Below, piece by piece: positions 8,191 to 16,194 of a stretch of DNA of 31,489 nucleotides (its first letter is position 1; the number at the start of each line of letters is the position of its first letter). The DNA comes from Chlamydiota bacterium (lineage in GTDB: Bacteria; Chlamydiota; Chlamydiia; Chlamydiales; SM23-39): the NCBI GenBank assembly GCA_048498835.1, contig JBEHXF010000021.1, positions 1-31,489 of the forward strand. Direction: 5' to 3'. The notes below the pieces were generated by a model, which was not told the DNA's origin, ran no database searches, and saw only the letters and a program-made list of their open reading frames with translations. The translations under genes and the position numbers were made by a program.

Positions 8191-8860
8191 AGAGAGCTCC
8201 AGTTTTCATACCATTCCACTCTTCCTGCGAAACAAGATGAGTCCAATTTTCCCAATTTTGACGGTAGTTTTCGACTTCTGTCTCTTCGACCCAATGAAGC
8301 TTAGCGCCCTGTTCGATTTTGTCAGGAAAACGGATGCCATTGAGATGATCGATCTCATGTTGAAAGATGCGCGCCGTATAATCGGTATACTCGCCAGTGA
8401 TGAGCTGACCCTCTCTATTGTAAGCGCGGATTTTTACACTTTTCGCTCTCGGCACAACTCCGACTACATGATGGTCTACTGAAAAACATCCTTCTTTCCC
8501 TTCGACGAGTTCCGAAGACTCTGAGATGATTTCTGGATTGATAAAGACTGTGAGCGTTCCAAGTTCTTTTTTCGTCTGTTCGATACCGATATCAACCAAG
8601 ATGATCCTCTTGAGAATCCCAATTTGAGGAGCTGCAAGGCCAACCATGACTCGGCCCCCCTCTTCAGTTCGTTCGCCCTGAGCTATAGAGAACATCGTAT
8701 TGATCAATCCTTGAATTTCCGGGGATTGAATGTCTTCGGGAGGAACGGAGAGAGCGGTTGATTGGAGCAGAGGATCGGATGGGTGATTAAATGGAGTCAT
8801 AGAAGGCTCTTCGGCTGCGAGAGTTGCTGTAAGGATGAGGAGAGAAAGGAGGGTCTTCAC
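8180..8860 (-). CDS. def: Peptide deformylase with possible N-terminal signal peptide
   Basis: Motifs GLAAPQIG, EGCFS and QHEIDHLNG. The ORF-track start (8920) lies inside the tRNA, so the start is GTG 8860 (MKTLLSLLILTATLAAEE) or ATG 8800. Confidence 0.9.
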   Translation of the reverse strand: MKTLLSLLILTATLAAEEPSMTPFNHPSDPLLQSTALSVPPEDIQSPEIQGLINTMFSIAQGERTEEGGRVMVGLAAPQIGILKRIILVDIGIEQTKKELGTLTVFINPEIISESSELVEGKEGCFSVDHHVVGVVPRAKSVKIRAYNREGQLITGEYTDYTARIFQHEIDHLNGIRFPDKIEQGAKLHWVEETEVENYRQNWENWTHLVSQEEWNGMKTGALYNK

Positions 8861-8890
8861 AACACCGCCAATTTTTTTTGGAAAAAAAAT

Positions 8891-8964
8891 TGACGGTAGC
8901 CGGATTCGAACCAGCGACACGCGGATTATGATTCCGCTGCTCTAACCAGCTGAGCTATACCGCC
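8891..8964 (-). tRNA. tRNA-Met(CAT), probably elongator
   Basis: GGCGGTATAGCTCAGCTGGTTAGAGCAGCGGAATCATAATCCGCGTGTCGCTGGTTCGAATCCGGCTACCGTCA folds as a cloverleaf with CAT anticodon. CCA is not encoded. Confidence 0.93.
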
Positions 8965-8978
8965 AAACTTGTGGAAAT

Positions 8979-9051
8979 TAGCGGGGGCAGGACTCGAACC
9001 TGCGGCCTTTGGGTTATGAGCCCAACGAGCTAACCACTGCTCCACCCCGCG
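8979..9051 (-). tRNA. Initiator tRNA-fMet(CAT)
   Basis: CGCGGGGTGGAGCAGTGGTTAGCTCGTTGGGCTCATAACCCAAAGGCCGCAGGTTCGAGTCCTGCCCCCGCTA has an unpaired C1:T72 and three G-C pairs (GGG/CCC) in the anticodon stem. Confidence 0.95.
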
Positions 9052-9064
9052 ATAAGAAAGTAAA

Positions 9065-9093
9065 AGACTAACACACAATCGCTTTTTCACCAA
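9065..9093 (-). promoter_or_regulatory. Putative sigma66 promoter of the tRNA pair
   Basis: TTGGTG-N17-TAGTCT with a TGn extension, 13 nt upstream of tRNA-fMet. Confidence 0.55.
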
Positions 9094-9192
9094 ATTCTTT
9101 TCGCGTATTTGTATTTTCTCTCCATGAATTGTAAAAATATATTTACACAAAACTAACACATTCTTTATGAAATGAAAAAGGCGGAGGTTCTT

Positions 9193-9552
9193 ATGACTCC
9201 TTCCAATCCCATCCATAGTTTACCCGAAGAAATCCTTATTCATATCGGCACTTTCCTCGATGCAGAGGACGTCGGCTCTTGTCAAAAAGTTGCTAAAAGT
9301 TGGCACAAAGCGCTGCAAGATCGCTCTTTGTGGGAGGAACTGATCCGTCCCCTCCTCCTTCAATTCCCCGATTTTGAGCGGCTCGAAGATCCAAAGAAAA
9401 CCTATCGACTTCTATACAGATTGCTCTATACAAATGAAGAAGAATTAAACGTGCATCTAGAAAAGACCTGCGCCAAAATGAAAATGGATGACCGGATCTA
9501 CTTCTTCCATAATTCTGGCCTATCTAAACGCCACCTGATGATCGGCGTCTAA
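9193..9552 (+). CDS. F-box domain protein (eukaryote-like effector candidate)
   Basis: IHSLPEEILIHIGTFLDAEDVGSCQKVAKSWHKALQDRSLW matches the F-box consensus. GGAGG RBS precedes ATG 9193. Confidence 0.85.
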   Translation: MTPSNPIHSLPEEILIHIGTFLDAEDVGSCQKVAKSWHKALQDRSLWEELIRPLLLQFPDFERLEDPKKTYRLLYRLLYTNEEELNVHLEKTCAKMKMDDRIYFFHNSGLSKRHLMIGV

Positions 9553-9587
9553 CGGGATAAAGGAACAGGATAAGTAGGATTATCTTT

Positions 9588-9730
9588 TCCTGTTTTTCGC
9601 TCAATAATTTTATCGTTCCCATCGTTATATCGTTATATCGTTTTTTCAGTGTTATTCCTCAAAAGCTGTTCTGATTTAACCAAAACACAACGATTAAACG
9701 ATATAACGATATAACGATGAAAGGAGAACT
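9588..9730. repeat. Palindromic direct repeat, copy 1 (ATCGTT x4 ... AACGAT x4)
   Basis: Near-identical to 9806-9920. Internal inverted arms are built from 8-bp-period units ATCGTTAT/ATAACGAT. Confidence 0.9.
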
Positions 9731-9805
9731 TTAAACAGGATTATCTTTGGGTTGCAGGGCTTCCCTGCATCTTGCGAATCTTGCCTGATCCTTCCGCGAA
9801 ACGGA

Positions 9806-9920
9806 TCCTGTTTTTCGCTCAATAGTTTTATCGTTCCCATCGTTATATCGTTTTTTTAGTGTTATTCCTCGAAAGCTGTTCTGATTTAACCAAAAACACA
9901 ACGATATAACGATGAGAACT
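9806..9920. repeat. Palindromic direct repeat, copy 2 (ATCGTT x3 ... AACGAT x2)
   Basis: Shares TCCTGTTTTTCGCTCAATA-TTTTATCGTTCCCATCGTTATATCG...GTGTTATTCCTC-AAAGCTGTTCTGATTTAACCAAAA...GAGAACT with copy 1. Confidence 0.9.
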
Positions 9921-9931
9921 GTGATTTCTTC

Positions 9932-11125
9932 TTATTGAGTCAAGAGGGCGATGGTCTTATCCGTTGCTCCTTGCACAGATGTAAGAATAGCCGTCGCTTG
10001 CTTAGCGTAGCCCTCACGGAATGATGGCTCGAGGAGTCGTTCAAAATGGGGCGCGATGTCTGAGAGCTCAAGAATGTGTCCCGCTCCTCCTTGCTGAAGA
10101 ATTTGAGCGATTTCTCGCTGTGCATGCATGTGTGGCCCGAAAAAAGAGGGACAGCGATACAGGCAAGGTTCCAAGACATTGTGACCGCCGATGCGGGGGG
10201 TGTAGCTGCCACCCACGAGCGCGGCTACGCTGAGGGAGTAGCAGAGGGGCAATTGGCCGAGTCGATCGACTAGGATGACGCGAGAAGTGGAATCGGGGGA
10301 ATTCCAGCGGCTATACGAGATAGGAAGCTTTTGCAAGAGTTTCTCCATCGCATCGCTTCGCTCGGGATGGCGAGGAGCGAGAAAGAGTCGATAGCGAGTT
10401 AAGAGCGGCTGAAGAAGGGGCAAGAGCAACTCTTCTTCCGGATCGTGCGTACAGCTTAGAGTGATCCAGGGACCGGAACCGAAGGAGTGTTCTAAAGCGA
10501 CTGTTTGTGGCTTTAGATCGAATTTGAGATTGCCACCTATTTCGATCGGTGAATGGGTGAGGGGCTCAAAACGCCGTTTGTGTTCTTCGTTTTGCACAAT
10601 AATGAGATCGAAGAGATCGAACAGGCGGTGAGCGAGCGACTTGAAAGTGGAGAAACGAGCCGCAGATTTCTCAGACATTTTTCCACTGACTAAAGCTGCG
10701 CGTCCTCCCCTTTTTTTAACGAAATACAAAAGATGATACCAAATATCGGTCTCGATAAAGAGGAGTTGCTCGGGCTTTAATGTCTTGGCCCATCGTTTCA
10801 TGATCCAACTAAAGTCGAGAGGAAGAAAGCGGTAGGCATCTGCTTGTGGAAGAGAGCGTTTTGCCTCTTCTTGGCCTGTAGCAGTAGTGGTGGTGATCAA
10901 GAAAAAGGCATCTGGGCGGTCTTTGCGCAAGGTTTGAAAGAGGGGCTGAGAAGCTTTGACCTCTCCGACTGAGACAGCGTGAATCCAAATAACAGGGCGG
11001 TTTTGGGGATCAGGGATATCGAGCCCAAGTCGATCGCGTAAGTTCGGTCTATGACGTCGGAGCAAGATCTTAAGTGCCATAATCAGACACCCAAGTCCGA
11101 GCGTAACGTCGTAGAGTAGACTCAT
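9932..11125 (-). CDS. waaA: 3-deoxy-D-manno-octulosonic acid (Kdo) transferase
   Basis: Motifs IWIHAVSVGE, TTTTATG, ETDIW, GNLKFD, APRHPER, VGGS and GGHNVLEP; directly downstream of leuS, as in Chlamydia. Confidence 0.95.
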   Translation of the reverse strand: MSLLYDVTLGLGCLIMALKILLRRHRPNLRDRLGLDIPDPQNRPVIWIHAVSVGEVKASQPLFQTLRKDRPDAFFLITTTTATGQEEAKRSLPQADAYRFLPLDFSWIMKRWAKTLKPEQLLFIETDIWYHLLYFVKKRGGRAALVSGKMSEKSAARFSTFKSLAHRLFDLFDLIIVQNEEHKRRFEPLTHSPIEIGGNLKFDLKPQTVALEHSFGSGPWITLSCTHDPEEELLLPLLQPLLTRYRLFLAPRHPERSDAMEKLLQKLPISYSRWNSPDSTSRVILVDRLGQLPLCYSLSVAALVGGSYTPRIGGHNVLEPCLYRCPSFFGPHMHAQREIAQILQQGGAGHILELSDIAPHFERLLEPSFREGYAKQATAILTSVQGATDKTIALLTQ

Positions 11126-13629
11126 TTCGTAACGATATTGAGAAGTTTATTCGGCACGAAAACAGTTTTGACAATCTCTCCGATGATGAACTTCTCTACG
11201 TCTGGATTTTTTCGAATGAGGATCATCAATTCTTTTTCGGTGCGATCTTTCGGCAATTCAAAACGACCGCGCAGTTTTCCGTTCACTTGAACGACGTAAA
11301 GAGCTGTATCGTCGACGAGATATTCTGGATTGACAGCGGGGATTGATGCGTAGGTCAAAGACTCTGTTTCGCCGAGCTCTTGCCACATCTCTTCTGCGAT
11401 GTGCGGAGCGAATGGATAGACCATTTGGACAGCCATTTTCAGACAGCTGCGCGGATAAGCGGAAAGTGGAATGAAGTCGTTTAAAAACTCCATCATATGG
11501 GCAACTGCTGTATTGAATTGCATCTGCTCAATGTCTTTTGTCACCGTATCGACCAATCGATGAGCGAGTTTCAGCGCGTCGATCGATTCTTCATCGACGA
11601 CTTTATCGGAAAAGACCATATCGTAGAAACGGTTCAAGAACCGTTTGCAGCCGCTCACCGCGTCGGTGCTCCACGTTTTTTCCCGCTCAAAAGGCCCCAT
11701 AAACATCTCGTAGAGACGGAGAGAATCGGCGCCAAATTCCTCGATGATCTCATCGGGCGAAACGCCGTTGAGTTTCGACTTGGACATCTTCTCCGTTTGG
11801 ACGATCAGTTCTTGTCCTTGATAGGTGCATTGGCCGTCTCGCTCGGTTACTTGATTTGGATCGACGTAGCCTCCCTGAGGCAATTTAAAGGAGCGGGCTG
11901 TAACCAGTCCTTGATTGCGGAGCGTCATGAAAGGTTCTGGCGTGTGGACAAAACCAGAGTCGAAGAGAACCTTGTGCCAAAAGCGGGCGTAGAGGAGGTG
12001 GAGTACTGCGTGTTCGACGCCGCCGACATAGAGATCTACCGGCATCCAGTAGTTGTCAGCCTCTTGGCTCCACGCTTCTTTTTCATTGCGTGGGTCGCAG
12101 AATCTGAGATAATACCAGCAAGATCCAGCCCATTGCGGCATGGTGTTGGTCTCTCTCAGCGCTTTTTTTCCGGTGACCGGATCGGTGATTTCAACCCACT
12201 GCGGCACTTTTGCAAGTGGACTTTGCCCTGTTGAGGCGGGTTTGAAATCATCGAGCGCAGGTGGAGTCAGAGGAAGCTCATCGAGTTCTAATGCTCGCAT
12301 TGAACCATCTGCAAAATGGAGAATGGGTATCGGCTCTCCCCAGTAACGTTGGCGAGAAAAGAGCCAGTCTCGGAGTTTATAGTTGATCGTCCGCTTTCCC
12401 TTGCCATGTTGTTCTAGCCATTGCGCGATCTTCTCTTTGCCCCGTTCCATATTGAGGCCATTGAGCCACTCGCTATGGATGATGACTCCATCGCCGGTCC
12501 AACATTTTTTTCCAGCGAGCACTTCCTCGCGATCTTCATTCTTTGAATCATAAACGGGCACAATCGGCAATTGGTATTGCTGGGCAAACTCAAAGTCTCG
12601 CTCATCGTGCGCAGGTACGGCCATCACTGCGCCGGTTCCATAACCCATGAGAACATAGTCGGAGATCCAAATCGGAATCTGCTTGCCAGTCACCGGATGT
12701 TTTGCATAAGCGCCAGTCCAAACGCCAGTTTTTTCTTTTGCAAGATCGGTTCTTTCTAAATCGCTTTTTGCAGCGGTCGTTTTTTGGTAAGCTTCAACAG
12801 CTGTTTTATGTTTTGAATCGACAATCTGTTCAATGAGTGGATGTTCAGGTGCCAAAACGACATAGGTTGCGCCGAAGAGCGTATCGGGCCGAGTGGTGAA
12901 AACAGTAATCGGATCATGGCTTGTTTCAAATGTGATGGCAGCTCCTTCGCTGCGGCCAATCCAATTCGATTGCAACTTTTTCAAATGATCGGGCCAATCG
13001 ATGAGATCGAGATCTTCGAGAAGTCGATCGGCGTAGGCGGTGATGCGGAGAATCCACTGTTTGAGCGGGCGTCTTTCAACCGGATAACCACCTTCTTTGG
13101 AACGGCCATTTTCTACTTCTTCGTTGGCAAGAACAGTGCCGAGCGCGGGGCAGAAGTTGACGTTGATCTCCGCTTCATAGGCGAGCCCTTTTTCAAAGAG
13201 CTTTGTAAAGATCCATTGGGTCCACTTGTAATAAGTTGGGTCGCTGGTGGCGATCTCCCGATCCCAATCGTAGCTAAAGCCAAGCGACTGGAGTTGGCGT
13301 CGATATGTGTCGATGTTAGCGCGCGTAGTGACGGAAGGATGAGTGCCAGTGCGAATCGCGTATTGTTCAGCGGGTAGACCAAAGCTATCCCAGCCCATCG
13401 GGTGAAGGACATTGAAACCGCGCTGTCTTTTATAACGGGCTAAGATATCGGTTCCCGTGTAGCCAGTGACGTGACCAACGTGAAGACCAGCGCCCGATGG
13501 ATAAGGAAACATATCCAGAACGTAATACTTCGGTTTTGAGCGATCGATCTCCGATTTAAAGATTTTTTTATCTTTCCAAATTTTTTGCCACTTTTTCTCT
13601 ATAGAACGGGGATCGTATTTCGGTTTCAT
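11122..13629 (-). CDS. leuS: Leucine--tRNA ligase
   Basis: Motifs MFPYPSGAGLHVGH (HIGH), TTRPDT editing domain, KMSKS and VVQVNGKLRG. Confidence 0.98.
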   Translation of the reverse strand: MKPKYDPRSIEKKWQKIWKDKKIFKSEIDRSKPKYYVLDMFPYPSGAGLHVGHVTGYTGTDILARYKRQRGFNVLHPMGWDSFGLPAEQYAIRTGTHPSVTTRANIDTYRRQLQSLGFSYDWDREIATSDPTYYKWTQWIFTKLFEKGLAYEAEINVNFCPALGTVLANEEVENGRSKEGGYPVERRPLKQWILRITAYADRLLEDLDLIDWPDHLKKLQSNWIGRSEGAAITFETSHDPITVFTTRPDTLFGATYVVLAPEHPLIEQIVDSKHKTAVEAYQKTTAAKSDLERTDLAKEKTGVWTGAYAKHPVTGKQIPIWISDYVLMGYGTGAVMAVPAHDERDFEFAQQYQLPIVPVYDSKNEDREEVLAGKKCWTGDGVIIHSEWLNGLNMERGKEKIAQWLEQHGKGKRTINYKLRDWLFSRQRYWGEPIPILHFADGSMRALELDELPLTPPALDDFKPASTGQSPLAKVPQWVEITDPVTGKKALRETNTMPQWAGSCWYYLRFCDPRNEKEAWSQEADNYWMPVDLYVGGVEHAVLHLLYARFWHKVLFDSGFVHTPEPFMTLRNQGLVTARSFKLPQGGYVDPNQVTERDGQCTYQGQELIVQTEKMSKSKLNGVSPDEIIEEFGADSLRLYEMFMGPFEREKTWSTDAVSGCKRFLNRFYDMVFSDKVVDEESIDALKLAHRLVDTVTKDIEQMQFNTAVAHMMEFLNDFIPLSAYPRSCLKMAVQMVYPFAPHIAEEMWQELGETESLTYASIPAVNPEYLVDDTALYVVQVNGKLRGRFELPKDRTEKELMILIRKNPDVEKFIIGEIVKTVFVPNKLLNIVTK

Positions 13630-13658
13630 GGATGAATCTAGGGTTGTTGAATGGGCCG

Positions 13659-13687
13659 ATTATAACACCGATGGGATTTGGGCACTA
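13659..13687 (-). promoter_or_regulatory. Putative extended -10 promoter of leuS-waaA
   Basis: TGtTATAAT on the minus strand about 30 nt upstream of the leuS ATG; weak -35 (TAGTGC) at 17-nt spacing. Confidence 0.45.
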
Positions 13688-15211
13688 GGGCCGGATATGC
13701 TCGCGGTGGAATTTTCCTTGTTGGTAGGTGCCGATTTGAGCGCCGAGCTGCTCTACTTCTCTACTTCCAAAAATATTTCTCCCCAGATCGCGCATAGCTC
13801 GGATCAATTGCGCCGCATACGGTCCTATCGTTTGCCGAATGCACTCCTTTCCTGTACTCGTTCGGTCAAAAAATTGGTCGAGCTGCAACGTGCTATGTCC
13901 CCCCTCCATGCCAATGTAGTCAGCCTCCCGTCCCCAGACCGTCACGTGGGCGTGGAGCTGCGACACGTGTCGTGGATAGTAGCGGCGATAGTCGATCTCA
14001 ACGCCGGGAGTTGGGGCTTGGTACCCGAGATGGAATTGACCTAAAAGAGAGATGCCATCTGAATGGGTCTCTCGGATAATGAGCTTGAGGGGCCGAGTCG
14101 CCGATTTCATCCGGAGATTGAAAGCCAAAACCTCCCCCTGCGGCAATCCTGGCCCGTTATATAAATAGGCCGAATCGATGGTATCATTTCGCACGAGTTC
14201 ATACTGGGCAATGGTTGAACCAAGGCTGTGCCCGATGACCACAGAATAGGGAGTTTTGTCCCTCAGAACCGGTTGATATACTTGCCCTGATTCAAAAGCG
14301 GTTCGCCCCAGATCGCTTTCTAAATCGGTAATCAGACTGGAAGTTCCATCAATTTCGCCCGTTCGAAATGCAGAGCCTCGATAGAGCCGAATCGCGGGGA
14401 GATTCGTGTCGCGAGTAGCGGGAGTTAAAATATAGCTCACCATCCCCTCTCCGGTGATGATTTTTGACGAAACGCGATAGAATTGAGCATGCCCTTTTGG
14501 ATGATTGGGCGCAGGAACCAACATTCCGACATCCATCTCTCTTTTCACAACGCGAGCTGCCATATTGTGGGCAAATGTCTCGAAATGATCAGTCGGATTT
14601 TCTTTTGTCAGTTCCAATCGCTCGCGATCGGCGAGCAGCGGATCAAACCAAATTCGGGCGAGAGGTTGACTTGGGCGGCCTGTGATTCTCCCGGTGATGC
14701 GAGGAATCAAATTCAGCTCTCCAAACGGTTTGGATAAAACTTCCCTTACCCACGCAAATGTCGCCGCATCGAGATCTTCCGAACAGCGAGCCGATTGCAA
14801 AAGTAGCTTTAAACTCGGATCGACCCAAAAAGGCCACTCCGTTTTCTGAATCAACGCATCAATATCCGTTGCTTGCACATCTTGAATCCCTACCAAAATT
14901 TGCGCGAGCTCACGCGATAAAAGCGGACTCCCCTCTTTCTCTTTTTGCACTAGATCCAGAGAGTAGCGATTGCACAATCTTTGGAGTCTTTCTTCTCCGA
15001 GAGTTTCGATCAGATAAGATTTAAAACAAGCGACCGTGCGCCGGTTTTCATCGGTGTAAAAGGCGGGGGAATAGATCCAAGAAATGATTCGGACGAGCCA
15101 ATCGAAGAGAGAATGACAAAGGCGAAAAAAACAATCCCCTCCGCCCGCATCGTTCACGATCACGATCCGGTCGCTCAAATAAGGGCCAATCCTACCTAAA
15201 TTGAGTTCCAT
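13685..15211 (-). CDS. Alpha/beta-hydrolase (lipase class 3-like) domain protein
   Basis: VVIGHSLGS nucleophile elbow, YRGS oxyanion-like segment, YNGPG, D..SLLG and C-terminal HAH. The N-terminal region is uncharacterised. Confidence 0.65.
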   Translation of the reverse strand: MELNLGRIGPYLSDRIVIVNDAGGGDCFFRLCHSLFDWLVRIISWIYSPAFYTDENRRTVACFKSYLIETLGEERLQRLCNRYSLDLVQKEKEGSPLLSRELAQILVGIQDVQATDIDALIQKTEWPFWVDPSLKLLLQSARCSEDLDAATFAWVREVLSKPFGELNLIPRITGRITGRPSQPLARIWFDPLLADRERLELTKENPTDHFETFAHNMAARVVKREMDVGMLVPAPNHPKGHAQFYRVSSKIITGEGMVSYILTPATRDTNLPAIRLYRGSAFRTGEIDGTSSLITDLESDLGRTAFESGQVYQPVLRDKTPYSVVIGHSLGSTIAQYELVRNDTIDSAYLYNGPGLPQGEVLAFNLRMKSATRPLKLIIRETHSDGISLLGQFHLGYQAPTPGVEIDYRRYYPRHVSQLHAHVTVWGREADYIGMEGGHSTLQLDQFFDRTSTGKECIRQTIGPYAAQLIRAMRDLGRNIFGSREVEQLGAQIGTYQQGKFHREHIRP

Positions 15212-15235
15212 GCCGATAAAATAGCAGATCGATTC

Positions 15236-15883
15236 TTAAAAACCATGAATATATGCCTCCGTTTCGCCCCACGGAAAATGGACGGTAACAGAATGACTCA
15301 AAGCGAATTGTTTGCTCGTCAAGGATTGTCCGATCGTCACCACCCGACTCCCCTTTTTCATCTTCTCAAAACATTTAGTCATCGCATCGAATTGCTCATC
15401 CGTTAAATGAATTCCATACAAGTAGACAACAGTCGCATCGGATAAGTCGACGTCAAAAAAAGACTCCCGCCGAAATTGCGCTGGAATTTTAGCTACTTTT
15501 GCGATGAGGTTTGAGAGGTTAACAAACCGAGGAACCCAATCCACACCCAATACTGGACACCTATAATGGGCGGCCGCCCAGAAACAGCTTTTCCCCCTCC
15601 CCGATCCCAATTCGACATAGCGATCGTTAGGAGAGAGTTGAGCAGCCTCCATCAATTGATCAAAGACTCTCAGCGGCGTCTCCCCGTATAGGTCAACCTC
15701 CGACTCCCCTCTTCTCTCAAGAAACTTTCGGCAAGTCCTGTAAGGATTATAGAAAAGTGAGAAAAACCCTAAAAGCAAATCGGCGACCGCAAAGCGAACG
15801 TTTGTGTAGCGCTTTACCGTATTGATTTGTTCTCGAATGAGAAAGCCCTTAACTCGAAAATACAACAACATAATGCGGAACAA
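15236..15883 (-). CDS. Class I SAM-dependent methyltransferase, DOT1-like
   Basis: Motifs YGETP, YVELGSGRGK, GVD, DATVVYLY and KKGSRVVT. Start is TTG 15883 or ATG 15871. Confidence 0.8.
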   Translation of the reverse strand: MFRIMLLYFRVKGFLIREQINTVKRYTNVRFAVADLLLGFFSLFYNPYRTCRKFLERRGESEVDLYGETPLRVFDQLMEAAQLSPNDRYVELGSGRGKSCFWAAAHYRCPVLGVDWVPRFVNLSNLIAKVAKIPAQFRRESFFDVDLSDATVVYLYGIHLTDEQFDAMTKCFEKMKKGSRVVTIGQSLTSKQFALSHSVTVHFPWGETEAYIHGF

Positions 15884-16193
15884 CTAAGGGGCTATCTGCT
15901 CTTGGCAAAACGTTTGCCACATGATGGAGAAAGGGATCGAGATCAAAAATTCTCGCTCGAATATTTCCGTTGTGGTTTGCTGCAACACTGACTATCCATT
16001 CGGCAGACATAGGACTGTGGTTTTTGCACGGCAAAAGATCTTCACTTCTCCCAATCTCTCGTATTAAATCTTGGCAAATCTTCGCTTTTTCAATCGTTTC
16101 AAAAACAATTGTGGCTGAAGCTCCTCCCCAATAAGAATAAATGGCAACAGCGCCATCTACCGGAAACGATCTCTCTTTGATTCCTGTGATCAT
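15849..16193 (-). CDS. Small hypothetical protein
   Basis: ATG 1 nt after the ankyrin gene stop; motifs shared with 18206-18457 and with the ankyrin protein N-terminus. Confidence 0.6.
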   Translation of the reverse strand: MITGIKERSFPVDGAVAIYSYWGGASATIVFETIEKAKICQDLIREIGRSEDLLPCKNHSPMSAEWIVSVAANHNGNIRARIFDLDPFLHHVANVLPRADSPLVVPHYVVVFSS

Positions 16194-16194
16194 T

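Noticed and set aside
8141..8482. 113-aa plus-strand ORF
   Set aside because: It is antisense to def and csaA, both of which have clear family motifs.
8861..8920. ORF-track N-terminal extension of def
   Set aside because: It begins inside tRNA-Met and crosses the trailer hairpin.
8926..9216. 96-aa minus-strand ORF
   Set aside because: It runs through both tRNA genes and their promoter, so it is spurious.
9564..9920. CRISPR array
   Set aside because: Only two long copies with a conserved interior, no unique equal-length spacers and no cas genes in the window.
11497..13377. Long antisense ORFs (245 aa, 178 aa) opposite leuS, and similar shadow ORFs elsewhere
   Set aside because: They lie fully antisense to well-supported genes and have no recognisable motifs.
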